64,000 nt of DNA from an uncultured delta proteobacterium (GTDB taxonomy: Bacteria > Desulfobacterota > Binatia > UBA9968): contig CAWFJP010000031.1 in NCBI GenBank assembly GCA_963816145.1, positions 352,001 through 416,000 of the forward strand. The letters run 5' to 3'. Shown here piece after piece: positions 39,738-49,618 of the stretch. Position numbers and translations under genes: made by a program. Position 1 is the stretch's first letter. Each line of letters begins with the position of its first letter. The notes below the pieces were generated by a model. It saw only the letters and a program-made list of their open reading frames with translations, did no database searches and was not told where the DNA came from.

Positions 39738-40724
39738 TTATGCGCTCGGCGGGGACGCAAGCAATCGTCGCCGCAGATCAAACACGACCAGGAATTCACC
39801 TTCAAAACTGCACCGGTAGTTGGAACGAAGGTGCAAATTGAAAGCTGAGTAAGTTTGAAGCCACCACAGAGCCGGCCATGCGAAAACGACGTGGGTGCAA
39901 TCGCGCTGGCGCATTCGCTCGACTTCGCTAATGGCGTGTTGATCGTCAATCGGTCGACCCCAGTATTCGCCGCTGTTTTCCAGGAAAGGCAGAGCCGTTC
40001 GCTCCCGGTCGCACCCCAATCGCGTTTGTGCCTCGTCGACGAGGATATAAGTTGCGCCGGATGGGACCATGGCGCGGATCTTCGACAGGCAAGACTGCTC
40101 GCGCCGAGATTCGATGTCGGCAAAGGACAACCGCCAGGGCTCCCTGGCGTAGAAGTCGCTCATATTGGCGTAGCCGAAGCGTTGCGTGATTTCCGGAGGA
40201 AGCCACTCCATCGTTTGATTCAAGTATCCCCGTATCATCGAGAGACACATAGAGTTACGCTCGGCAAACAGTACATCCATGCCGCGAAAGTCGTCTTCGG
40301 ACCAGACCGAAAGGTGGGCTTCGCTCTTGTGCCCTTCCCAGGAGTCCTGGCGCATTTGCAGGGGAAATTTTACAGCGATGAGTTTGGCGCGATAGACAAG
40401 AAAATTCAGCAAATCTATTCCCACGCTCTTGCGCATGTGTTCGATGCAGTCGCCGATGATCACTGCGTCAAAAGATCCATCCAAGTCGTTCATTAGGTCG
40501 GCAGCATCCATGACATGGACCGTGTCGTACAAATCGCGGAGCTTGTATCGCTCGACGTAGTCGGCGTCCGTTTCGATGGCGATCAGTTTGATTTCCGGTC
40601 GGGCGCGGCGGAGCATGCTGCCGTATTTGCCTTCTCCTGCGCCGATGTCGAGAACGGAATTGTGCCGCGTCAAACGAAAGTACTGTTCGATCTCGTTGTC
40701 AAACTCTATGGCTGAAAAAGGCAT
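39738..40724 (-). CDS. Class I SAM methyltransferase with C-terminal accessory domain
   Basis: VLDIGAGEGKYG, IGDCIEHM; C-terminal PFLENSGEYWGRP..FAWPALWW. Confidence 0.78.
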   Translation of the reverse strand: MPFSAIEFDNEIEQYFRLTRHNSVLDIGAGEGKYGSMLRRARPEIKLIAIETDADYVERYKLRDLYDTVHVMDAADLMNDLDGSFDAVIIGDCIEHMRKSVGIDLLNFLVYRAKLIAVKFPLQMRQDSWEGHKSEAHLSVWSEDDFRGMDVLFAERNSMCLSMIRGYLNQTMEWLPPEITQRFGYANMSDFYAREPWRLSFADIESRREQSCLSKIRAMVPSGATYILVDEAQTRLGCDRERTALPFLENSGEYWGRPIDDQHAISEVERMRQRDCTHVVFAWPALWWLQTYSAFNLHLRSNYRCSFEGEFLVVFDLRRRLLASPPSA

Positions 40725-40782
40725 TGTTGTTCTCTTGGCTGTGGGCGAAACTCAAAAGCATTGCCGACAAATCGTGCCATCG

Positions 40783-41991
40783 TCATAGCCCAATAGCGTC
40801 AATCAATTTCGCCAGCACGGTTTCGGCTTTCAAACATTCCTCAGCGATGGCGCGCGCGGCGCGGCTGTGTCGTGAATAGTCCGAGCTAACCGTTTCGAAA
40901 GCCGTGAGTATGTCGTCCATCGTTGTGAAGGAAAACAATCCTTCTCCAGTGGGAAGGAACTTTCCGAAGCCCGTATCTTGAGTGATCACGGGCCGGCCGG
41001 CAGCGAGATAGGAAGCGCTTCGATCGCTGAACCAACCGCTGCGCAGGCGCACGTTTTGATCCTTGGCGACAGTAAACTCCCCGTGCGATCTCAAGATATA
41101 ATCGCGATATGGTAGTATCTTTGTCGAAAACGACATGGAGTTGACGATGCGCCAGCCATGGGAGGTTAGGAGACGCGCCGTTTCGACGTCGTCAGCGCAG
41201 TCCGCGGCCAGGGCGAGGGCCAACTCGATGGGTTGCGAAGTACGCTTGGGCAGATCGAGAAATTTCAAGAACTCGTGATGCTTGCTCCAAGTATAGCGTT
41301 CGCCCTTCCATTCGAGATCTTTGCCGCTTTGGCGCCAATTGGCTATCGTCGTGAAGCAGCCGGCTGTCGATGCGTGACTGCCGTTGCCGTTTCGGTAGGC
41401 TGAAGGCCGCCACCAATCGAGCACGATCGGTTGTCGGGTCGGGAAATAGCGGAAATCTTGTACCGGAACGCCGCAATCCGGCGCTCCCAGGTTCTCTCCA
41501 TAGCTAAAGTGATGGGTATGGGCGCGCAGCCGTTCGATCGTTGGCTGATTTCCGGTCGCGATCTCGATCTGTGGCAGGACGGGATCGGTTTCAAGATATA
41601 CGCGGATGGGTACCCGCATGTGCTCTTCGCGTAAAACGGTGGACGCGGTGACATTGACAAGCAGATCGGCGCGGTCAAAAAGTTGCCGGACTCGCGTCGC
41701 GGAAAGTCCGAAGGTGCTTCCCTGCGCGCCGTCACGATAGGCCCAGCGGTCGGCGAAGCCGTAAGCGGCCATGACTTGTTCGATGATGTTTATCGAATAG
41801 GTAACATCCCCGGTTACGCTATTTGTTTCAGGATTGTAGGGCCATGCCCCGGTATCCTCGACATAGTAGACGTCGAAGCCAAGCCGACGAAACCCTTCGA
41901 GGTAGTGCAGCACTTGCCACACGACCCCGGCGAGAGGCATGCGGCCCATCATGCCTAAGACAATAAGTAGGCTGGTCCGACGCGCTTCCAT
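40783..41991 (-). CDS. GT-B-like putative glycosyltransferase
   Basis: WQVLHYLEGFRRLGFDVYYVED; GEFTVAK..GWFSDRSASYLAAGRPVITQDTG. Confidence 0.72.
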   Translation of the reverse strand: MEARRTSLLIVLGMMGRMPLAGVVWQVLHYLEGFRRLGFDVYYVEDTGAWPYNPETNSVTGDVTYSINIIEQVMAAYGFADRWAYRDGAQGSTFGLSATRVRQLFDRADLLVNVTASTVLREEHMRVPIRVYLETDPVLPQIEIATGNQPTIERLRAHTHHFSYGENLGAPDCGVPVQDFRYFPTRQPIVLDWWRPSAYRNGNGSHASTAGCFTTIANWRQSGKDLEWKGERYTWSKHHEFLKFLDLPKRTSQPIELALALAADCADDVETARLLTSHGWRIVNSMSFSTKILPYRDYILRSHGEFTVAKDQNVRLRSGWFSDRSASYLAAGRPVITQDTGFGKFLPTGEGLFSFTTMDDILTAFETVSSDYSRHSRAARAIAEECLKAETVLAKLIDAIGL

Positions 41992-42000
41992 GCGCTCCTG

Positions 42001-43782
42001 CTACTTTATCAATCGAAAGTTTCGCTCTTCTTCGTAAAGATCAAATTGTGTGCGATAGAGCGCGGCAAAGGGCCCGTGGCGGCGCAACAGCTCGGCGAAT
42101 GTGCCTTGCTCAACGATCTCGCCACCGCGCAGGACCACGATCAGATCGGCCTGTCTCACGGTTGAGAGGCGGTGGGCAATGATGAACGTGGTGCGACCGG
42201 AGGTGAGTCGATCGAGTCCCTGCATAATCAGGGCCTCTGTTTGCGCGTCTACCGACGAAGTCGGCTCGTCGAGAATCAGGATAGGCGCGTTCAACAAAAT
42301 GGCGCGGGCGATGGTGATGCGCAACCGTTCACCTTCGGACAAGGTCGCGCCTTGCTCGCCCACGACCGTCATGTAGCCGTCGGGCAACTGTTCGATAGAG
42401 TCATGGATCTGCGCCACACGGGCCGCGGCGACGATTTCGCCCATCGAAGCGTCGGGACGGCCATAGGCGATGTTTTCCCGAATGGTAAAAGGAAAAACCA
42501 ACGGGGGCTGAAGAATCATCGCGATCTGGCGGCGCAGCGATTTTAGTTGGAATTCGCGGATGTCGACTCCGTCGATGGTCACGCGACCGGCCAATGGATC
42601 GTAAAAGCGGGGCAGGAGACTGACCAGCGTCGATTTGCCGGCTCCGGTCGCGCCGACGATGGCAACCTTTTGGCCGCCGCTCACGCATAGGTTTATTTTC
42701 TTCAATACCGGCTGCGCGGCGTTATAACCAAAGAAAACATCCTCGAAAACGATATCTCCAGGGCATGCTGCCGGCGCAAACGTTCGGTTACCCTCGGGAA
42801 CTTGTTGCTCCGATTCCAAAACTTCAAAGGCCCGACCGATGCCAACCCGGGCGCTCTGCACCAGACCGTAGGTCTGAAATATGTTGTTGAGCGGCGTATA
42901 GAGTGATGCAAGGTACGAGGTAAACACGACCATGCCGCCGATGGAGAGCTCACCTGCGAAGACATGGCGGGTACCGACCCATAAAATAGCCGCTGTGCCG
43001 ACCGCCATCGTCACATTGACGACGGCATAATAGTAATTTTGCAGGGTATACAGGCGCAGGTCCGCCGCCAGGCTCTCGGTGCTCGCCTTGGCGAAGCGCC
43101 GTTGTTCTTCCTCTTCTTTGGTGAATGCTTGAATGACCCGCATCCCGGCAAAGCTACGCTGCACGACTGAATAAACCGTGCTTTCCTTTTCGCGAGCTTG
43201 GTTTGCGGCCGTCGACATTTTCCCATCGAGCAGAGCGATGGAGCCGAAAAGCAGCGGGCAAACAACCATCGCCAAAAGGGTTAGACGCCAGTCCACCGAA
43301 AGCATGATGGCAAACATGCCCGCCAACAAGATAAGCGCCGATACCACCGTGAAAATGCCGTTCATAGTCAGCGTCTGAAGACCCATCGTATCGGTGGTGA
43401 CCCTATACATCAGATCGCCGATTTGCTGACGATTGTGAAACGCCAGGGAGAGGCGTTGGATGTGACTATAAAGATCGCGCCGTAGATCGTTGACCATTCT
43501 CTGGCCGATTTGAATGGTCGTGCGGTCGTTGAGAATCCGCAACGCCCCGGAGACCAGGTAGATAACTATCAACCCCCCGCAGGCAACCCATAGGAAAGTT
43601 TCAGTCGACCAGGTGTTCGTGAATTCCCATGGCGCGGGTTTTTCGTTCAAAACGTTGTCGATGATGATCTTCAGCGGCCACGGCTTGAGCAGCTCGAAAG
43701 CATTGATAAAAAGCACCTGCGCGAGGGCGAAGACAAACGCCGAACGATAGGGCTTTAGATAAGAACGAACCGTGCGCTTCAT
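42001..43782 (-). CDS. ABC exporter, fused permease/ATPase (MsbA/NdvA type)
   Basis: TM domain; GATGAGKS, LSEGE signature variant, LILDEPT, IAHRLST. Confidence 0.95.
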   Translation of the reverse strand: MKRTVRSYLKPYRSAFVFALAQVLFINAFELLKPWPLKIIIDNVLNEKPAPWEFTNTWSTETFLWVACGGLIVIYLVSGALRILNDRTTIQIGQRMVNDLRRDLYSHIQRLSLAFHNRQQIGDLMYRVTTDTMGLQTLTMNGIFTVVSALILLAGMFAIMLSVDWRLTLLAMVVCPLLFGSIALLDGKMSTAANQAREKESTVYSVVQRSFAGMRVIQAFTKEEEEQRRFAKASTESLAADLRLYTLQNYYYAVVNVTMAVGTAAILWVGTRHVFAGELSIGGMVVFTSYLASLYTPLNNIFQTYGLVQSARVGIGRAFEVLESEQQVPEGNRTFAPAACPGDIVFEDVFFGYNAAQPVLKKINLCVSGGQKVAIVGATGAGKSTLVSLLPRFYDPLAGRVTIDGVDIREFQLKSLRRQIAMILQPPLVFPFTIRENIAYGRPDASMGEIVAAARVAQIHDSIEQLPDGYMTVVGEQGATLSEGERLRITIARAILLNAPILILDEPTSSVDAQTEALIMQGLDRLTSGRTTFIIAHRLSTVRQADLIVVLRGGEIVEQGTFAELLRRHGPFAALYRTQFDLYEEERNFRLIK

Positions 43783-43795
43783 GGACCGGATGTTC

Positions 43796-46531
43796 TCACG
43801 CAGCGCTCTGCGATTTTTTCTCTACCGCCACGAATTCCAACTTGTGCGCAAGCGCTTCTAAAACATGATAGAGCAGGTGGCCCAAGCGGAACTTCTGGTA
43901 GAGGATCGCGCTGCCGTGCGCCCAGCCGATAAATGCGGCAACCGCGGCTACTGCGGGCACGCCCAGAAAAGCAGCGAGTACCGCCACCGCGAAGTATGAC
44001 CATAGACAGGTGACCGAGAGCCTGGACATGCGCAGGGCGCAGCGGACTCGGAGCAGTCGCTTGGGACCGGTGTGATTTTCGGTAGCCGTCTTTAGTTGCG
44101 CCTTGGCCCAAGGTCCCTGGCAAATTTCCAGGTCCCAATCGCTCCAACCCTGGTCCATGGCGATGAGGTATTTGCGCGTCAGAAGAAAGTCCATGACCGA
44201 GTGTAATAGGCTTTCCTTCTCCTGACCGTTTTCGTTCCAATAGGACAAGTAGAACGCGCGCTCGTACCACGAAATTTTGGGTTCCTGCGTGGGCCCGTTC
44301 AAATCGACGGGTTTCACTTCGCGCAACCGACGCGCCCGCCAGCGGTAGCGCTCAAAGGTACGGACGAGAGGTCCAAGATAAATCAAGGACGCTACCAAGA
44401 GAGTCGCCGGAAGGCCGCGGAATTTTAGCGCGATACGCGCTCTGGACGCACTGACTAAGCAACGGCTCAAAGTGAGCATTAAGGGAGCCACGCCAAGCCA
44501 GAACAAGCCGCCGAATGCAAAAGCGCAGACGAGGAGCGCCAGCGAGAGGACATTCCACTCGAGCGTCAGAGGCAAGCACGATATGATCGAAGGCGAAGGC
44601 TGGTAAAGCGTCTGGAACAGCCCTCGCCCGAATACTCCCGAATAGATACGCGGTTGACGACTGAGCAGAAACGAAGAAAGATCGCCGTAGATACGGCCGA
44701 ACCAACGCGACTGTCCCAGGACGTTAAAGCGCGAGGGATGTTTAAAGAAAAGCAGGGTTTCGGCTTTGCCATACCCGCGCTGTTGTTTGAGATAGTCTCT
44801 GATAGTGTTGCGGCGAAAATGCCAGACGACCGCGGCCGGGCTAAAGCCGATCTTGAATCCCTTGTTTTGCAGACGCCAACAAAGGTCCACGTCGTCACCG
44901 GCGGCGCGAAAAATCGGATCGAATCCGTCGATGGCTTGCAGCGCCTCCCGGCGAAAAGCCATGTTGCAGCCTGGGATGTGTTCTGCGACCTCATCGTCGA
45001 GCAAGACATGGGTCGGCGCGCCGGGAGACACGGCGACGCAGGACGCGACGAAAGCGTCGTCCGGCGGCGTCAAATTGGGGCCACCTACGGCGCCGAACTC
45101 CGACGATTGAAACCGCGCAACGAGATGAGTGAGCCAATCGGGATCGGCCATACAATCGGCGTCCGTAAACGCAACAATTTCTCCGCTGGAATGCCGAATG
45201 CCGACGTTGCGAGCTTCACTGAGTCCCATGTTCTCTTGGTGAATCAAGCGAATATAGTCATAGTTCTCGGCGATCTGCCGAGTGCCGTCGGTCGATCCGT
45301 CGTTAACGACCACGACTTCGTAATTCGGGTAATTGAGCTTCTCCAAAGATGCGAGACAGGAATCGATGGTGCGCTCGCCGTTGTAGACGCAAACCACAAC
45401 CGAGACTTTTGGATACGCCGCGAGACGCGGCGGCAGGGGCGCGTCATAATAGTCTTTTACTGCCCAAAAGGCAGGCTTCTTGCGGCGCTCGGCGTCGACC
45501 ACGCCGAAGCTCCAATCCTTGACTTGAAAGCCGCCGTCGCCGGATAACGGGAAGGCATACCAATCGTCGGTCCAAGAAAAGACTACCGTACCGGCGACGC
45601 CGGTTTCGAAGCAGGCGCGCAGTTGCCAACCGAGAGTTTCGGCCTGAAAAACTGTTCCTTGCCGTAAGGAGTCGATGCCGATTTCGGTAAGCACGAGGGG
45701 CCGATCGCCGGCGAGATTATGGAGATGCGACAGATACCGACGAAAGTCTTCTTCGTGATGAAGATAAACGTTGAATGCCAGAAAATCGGCAAATTCGGTT
45801 TCGAGATATTCGGTGGAAGGGAAGTTGGCGTAACTTACAAGGGCATCGGGCTCGACGCTCTTCACGCAATCGACCAGGTTGCCAAGAAACGAACGCATCC
45901 TTTCGCTGCCGTACCAGCGGACAATCTCAGGCGAAATTTCATTGCCGACGAGATATGCAAAGACCGCGGGATGATGTTTGCATGAAGCAACGCTGTGGGC
46001 TACCACATTGCGGATTTCCGCTTGAATTCTACCCGAGTCCAGGAAAGATATGTGCTGGGCCCACGGAATGCCGATGATCACTCTGAGGCCATAGGAAGCC
46101 GCCAGGTCAAGCAGCCATTTGGGCGGCGGCGTGAAGGTACGAAAGCAATTGACGCCGAGCTGCGCCATCAACGCAAAATCACGTTCCGCCGATGCCGGCT
46201 CGGGAAAGGGAACCCCCGGGCGGCTAGGCGCGAAAGGGCCGTACGTGACTCCCTTCAAAAAAAACTTTCTATCGTTTTCAAAGAAGGAGCGACCGCGTAC
46301 AACTAATTTTTCCGGCACAACCTTGCGCTGGTATCGCGCTTCGACGAGCGCTGGCATCGGCAGACGACCGGTCGGTGACGACCGCGGCTCGATAAGAGAT
46401 GGAAAGAGCTGCTGCCTGTGATAATTCGCTTCTTCGAATTCAATTTTGTCGACACTCAAGCGATGAGAGGACATAAAAGCACAACGACTCCAGTCTTGAA
46501 TGCTAGTGGAAGAGCGCAACAATGGTGCCAT
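43796..46531 (-). CDS. Clan GH-A (GH2-like) TIM barrel + GT2 + membrane domain fusion (start uncertain, possibly 46357)
   Basis: KGVTYGPF, VGNEI and LTEIG; VSVVVCVYNG, DGSTD, FTDAD, GDDVD, QQRGYG; C-terminal TM helices. Confidence 0.88.
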   Translation of the reverse strand: MAPLLRSSTSIQDWSRCAFMSSHRLSVDKIEFEEANYHRQQLFPSLIEPRSSPTGRLPMPALVEARYQRKVVPEKLVVRGRSFFENDRKFFLKGVTYGPFAPSRPGVPFPEPASAERDFALMAQLGVNCFRTFTPPPKWLLDLAASYGLRVIIGIPWAQHISFLDSGRIQAEIRNVVAHSVASCKHHPAVFAYLVGNEISPEIVRWYGSERMRSFLGNLVDCVKSVEPDALVSYANFPSTEYLETEFADFLAFNVYLHHEEDFRRYLSHLHNLAGDRPLVLTEIGIDSLRQGTVFQAETLGWQLRACFETGVAGTVVFSWTDDWYAFPLSGDGGFQVKDWSFGVVDAERRKKPAFWAVKDYYDAPLPPRLAAYPKVSVVVCVYNGERTIDSCLASLEKLNYPNYEVVVVNDGSTDGTRQIAENYDYIRLIHQENMGLSEARNVGIRHSSGEIVAFTDADCMADPDWLTHLVARFQSSEFGAVGGPNLTPPDDAFVASCVAVSPGAPTHVLLDDEVAEHIPGCNMAFRREALQAIDGFDPIFRAAGDDVDLCWRLQNKGFKIGFSPAAVVWHFRRNTIRDYLKQQRGYGKAETLLFFKHPSRFNVLGQSRWFGRIYGDLSSFLLSRQPRIYSGVFGRGLFQTLYQPSPSIISCLPLTLEWNVLSLALLVCAFAFGGLFWLGVAPLMLTLSRCLVSASRARIALKFRGLPATLLVASLIYLGPLVRTFERYRWRARRLREVKPVDLNGPTQEPKISWYERAFYLSYWNENGQEKESLLHSVMDFLLTRKYLIAMDQGWSDWDLEICQGPWAKAQLKTATENHTGPKRLLRVRCALRMSRLSVTCLWSYFAVAVLAAFLGVPAVAAVAAFIGWAHGSAILYQKFRLGHLLYHVLEALAHKLEFVAVEKKSQSAA

Positions 46532-46600
46532 CGGAAGCGACGGGTTGTTTTCACTGATTTTTCAACCTTTTGTTTGCGTTGAATCACGTGGGATGCTTTA

Positions 46601-46630
46601 GTCCCGTGCAGGGTAAACCCTGCACGGGAC
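46601..46630. repeat. Perfect 14-bp inverted repeat between divergent genes
   Basis: gtcccgtgcagggt-aa-accctgcacgggac. Confidence 0.85.
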
Positions 46631-46850
46631 GGCGGAAAATTCCTTGCGCGCTCCTTGCGGAAGTTGAAACGTGCGTCTAGCGCCATTTTCATTGTTTGCT
46701 TCAGGGGTTTGCGTGCCGGATATTTCGTCAGCGCTGGAGAGTTGTTCTGAACATGCGGCTGCTTGACTGGACCGTACGAGTTGCGATCGCTGGAGTTGCG
46801 GGCTAGGGCAGTTCTTAGAACCAGGGGCAAAGCAGGAAGAGAGGTGGCGA

Positions 46851-47999
46851 ATGTCCTCCAAGGTAATATCAGATCTTGATTTTCTTCGCGTCGATCAGGT
46901 GGGTAGCCTGCTGCGGCCGCAAAAATTGAAGGACGCCTTCGCCGGTTATGGCGCAGGGAAGCTCGATGAAGCATCCCTGAGGCAAGCGCAGGATAAAGCG
47001 ATTCGCGATGTCGTCGCCAAGCAAGTGGCGCACAATCTGCCGGTGGTCGTCGACGGCGAGTTTCGCCGCACCAGTTTCATGGAGTCCTTTGCGGTGGTGG
47101 CCGGTGTCGAGGAGTGGCAAGCAGGGGCGCGGAGCTACCATGAGATTCTCGCCCGCAAAGATGACGGCAAGGAAGGCACGCATAAGGGGCAGGATCCGAT
47201 CCTGCTCAATCGCAAGCGCGTAACCGCGCCGCTGAAACTGATTCGCAACACTTTAGCAGATGATTTTCGCTTCGCGCAGAGCTTGACCGACCGGCCGGTG
47301 AAAGTAACATTGATCAGCCCGGACCGAATTCAACAATGCTACGATAGCGAAGCTTCGAAAGCGGTCTATCCCTCGACGAATGAGTTTTTGCAGGATGTTG
47401 TCAAAGTCGAGCGGCAGATGCTTAGTGAGTTGACGCAAGCGGGCTGTCGCTATGTCGGCATCGACGGCCCCGGCTACACAGCTTACGTCGACGCGGATTC
47501 CATTGTGGCGATGCGCGCTAGGGGCGAGGAGCCAATGGCGACCATGGAGCGTTCGATCCGCGCCGATAACGAAGTGATCGCAAATTTCCCAGGCGTGACT
47601 TTTGGGATTCACATCTGCCGCGGCAACCGTCAAAGCATGTGGCATCGCGAGGGAAAGTACGATGCCATCGCTGAAAAATTGTTCAGCGGGCTCAAGCACC
47701 AGCGTTTGCTCCTGGAATACGACACCGAACGCGCCGGCGGTTTCGAGCCGCTGCGCTTTGTCCCGAAGGGAAAGATTGCCGTGTTGGGCTTGATTACCAC
47801 CAAGGTGGGCAGAGTCGAGACGTTGGATGAATTGCGCCGCCGGATCGATGACGCGGCGCGCTACTTGCCGCTGGAGCAGTTGGCGCTGAGCCCGCAGTGC
47901 GGTTTCGCGTCGAGCATCCGCGGCAATCTGTTGACCGAAGACGAGCAGTTTCGCAAGGTCGACGTCATGCTCGAAACCGCGCGGCGGGTTTGGGGTTGA
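46851..47999 (+). CDS. Cobalamin-independent methionine synthase II family (single-barrel MetE-like)
   Basis: VGSLLRP, DGEFRR, HICRGN, LEYD, LSPQCGFAS. Confidence 0.92.
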   Translation: MSSKVISDLDFLRVDQVGSLLRPQKLKDAFAGYGAGKLDEASLRQAQDKAIRDVVAKQVAHNLPVVVDGEFRRTSFMESFAVVAGVEEWQAGARSYHEILARKDDGKEGTHKGQDPILLNRKRVTAPLKLIRNTLADDFRFAQSLTDRPVKVTLISPDRIQQCYDSEASKAVYPSTNEFLQDVVKVERQMLSELTQAGCRYVGIDGPGYTAYVDADSIVAMRARGEEPMATMERSIRADNEVIANFPGVTFGIHICRGNRQSMWHREGKYDAIAEKLFSGLKHQRLLLEYDTERAGGFEPLRFVPKGKIAVLGLITTKVGRVETLDELRRRIDDAARYLPLEQLALSPQCGFASSIRGNLLTEDEQFRKVDVMLETARRVWG

Positions 48000-48007
48000 A
48001 TGATTCC

Positions 48008-48040
48008 GTTCAAGAGTTCAAAGGTTCAAGCTTCAAAGTT
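48008..48040. repeat. GTTCAA short tandem repeat
   Basis: gttcaagagttcaaaggttcaagcttcaaagtt just after the stop codon. Confidence 0.6.
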
Positions 48041-48119
48041 GAGATTCACTCTCGGTAGGGATTCCACTTCGCATTCCTTGCATTGATCGACGCGCTCTTG
48101 CTAACCTCTGCGGAACGTC

Positions 48120-48977
48120 ATGCGCGCGAGCGATATCTTTCGGCTGGTGCTGCTCGCGGCGATCTGGGGCGGATCGTTTGTGTTTCTGCGCGTCGTGGCA
48201 CCCGCGTTGGGGCCGATCGTCACTGCCGATCTCCGCGTGCTGATTGCTTGGGGTGCGCTGGCGATTTATTCCCGGGCTGTCGGTCTCAATGTCGGCTGGC
48301 GACGATTTTGGCGGCATTATCTTGTCATCGGCGCATTCAACGCCGCGCTGCCGTTTTTTCTCTTCGCTTTTGCGGCACTGCATATCCCGGCTTCTTACTC
48401 GGCGATTCTTAACGCGACCTCGCCATTTTTCGGCGCGCTTTTCGCCGGGCTTTGGCTCGGTGAGAAGATTACGGTGTTGAAGGGCTTGGGGTTTGTTTTC
48501 GGCATCGCCGGAGTCGGTCTTGTCACCGGCGTCGGGGTCGGCGCACTGGGTAGTTCATCCACGTGGGCGATGGCCGCTTGTCTGTTGGCGTCAGTGAGCT
48601 ATGGATTCGTCAGTGTTTATACGAAGAGATTTGCCGCAGCGGCGAATCCTCGTGCAATTGCCGGCGGCAGCCAGTTGATGGCGGGTTTAATGTTGTTGCC
48701 GTTCACGCCGCTGGCTGCACCACCGGGGCCGGTGACGCTTTTGATCGCGGTAAATATGATCTTGTTTGCGCTATTGAGCAGCGGCGTGGCGTTCTTGCTG
48801 TATTATCGATTGATCGCGGATATCGGTCCGACGAAAGCTCTGACGGTCACCTTTTTGATGCCCGCGTTTACAATGATCTGGGCGGCACTGTTTCTTGGCG
48901 AAACGATTACTACTGTGATGATCGTCGGGGGTGCGTTGATTCTCGCCGGTACGGCGCTGGTGGTGATAAGGAGATAG
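48120..48977 (+). CDS. DMT/EamA family transporter
   Basis: LAAIWGGSF, about 10 TM segments, LFLGE. Confidence 0.92.
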   Translation: MRASDIFRLVLLAAIWGGSFVFLRVVAPALGPIVTADLRVLIAWGALAIYSRAVGLNVGWRRFWRHYLVIGAFNAALPFFLFAFAALHIPASYSAILNATSPFFGALFAGLWLGEKITVLKGLGFVFGIAGVGLVTGVGVGALGSSSTWAMAACLLASVSYGFVSVYTKRFAAAANPRAIAGGSQLMAGLMLLPFTPLAAPPGPVTLLIAVNMILFALLSSGVAFLLYYRLIADIGPTKALTVTFLMPAFTMIWAALFLGETITTVMIVGGALILAGTALVVIRR

Positions 48978-49044
48978 AGATTGAGACAGTGAGCCACCCG
49001 GTGGGATGGTTCTCTGTCTCAGATCTGGTTGCTGATTTTTGCTC

Positions 49045-49500
49045 CTACCGGGTCATGAGGGGGCCACGGTCGTCCGGTTCGCGCATCGACCAAACGTTGC
49101 GCTGGCGCGCACAGAAACGGCGGGCGGCGTCGACCTGGGCGTGCGACCCGTCTAGGTCGACCTGAACGTTGAAACAGTGTTCGCGGCCAGTGTAGCGGAA
49201 ATTTTCAACTACAGGAATTTCGAGCTCGTTAAGGCCCGGGCGCATTCTGTAATTGCGCGCATGGCCGACGATGTTATTGCCTTCGCGGACCATCACGTCG
49301 GTTTCACAATCGCGCTGGCCGGCGAAATTGACGCGCACCCTCCACGAGCGAATCCGCTGGCCTTCGGTGACTGGATCAGGTGACATATCCAAGTCTTGTA
49401 TGTTCAATCGGTCGCCGCGCTGACAACCACGGCCCTGTCCCCGGGCCCAATCGGCCGCCATGCCATCAGGGGTAAAATTGATCATCAGGCTGCTTAGCAA
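49045..49500 (-). CDS. Hypothetical, probably secreted Ig-like protein (start uncertain)
   Basis: 151-aa ORF with four Cys and beta-rich DLDMSPDPV. Confidence 0.55.
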   Translation of the reverse strand: MLSSLMINFTPDGMAADWARGQGRGCQRGDRLNIQDLDMSPDPVTEGQRIRSWRVRVNFAGQRDCETDVMVREGNNIVGHARNYRMRPGLNELEIPVVENFRYTGREHCFNVQVDLDGSHAQVDAARRFCARQRNVWSMREPDDRGPLMTR

Positions 49501-49618
49501 GCCAGTTAGAAATGCCGCTTTGATCCACGACTATTTTATCCTCCTCGATTGTTGGCCTGTTCGTTAGACGTAACAAAGTAAAAAAGTAATACAGCCAAGT
49601 CCCAGTCCAGCGTTGCCG

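Noticed and set aside
46640-46850. SAM or cobalamin riboswitch upstream of the MetE-like gene
   Set aside because: Only AAGAGAGGTGG resembles SAM-I and it overlaps the RBS; no core riboswitch motifs seen
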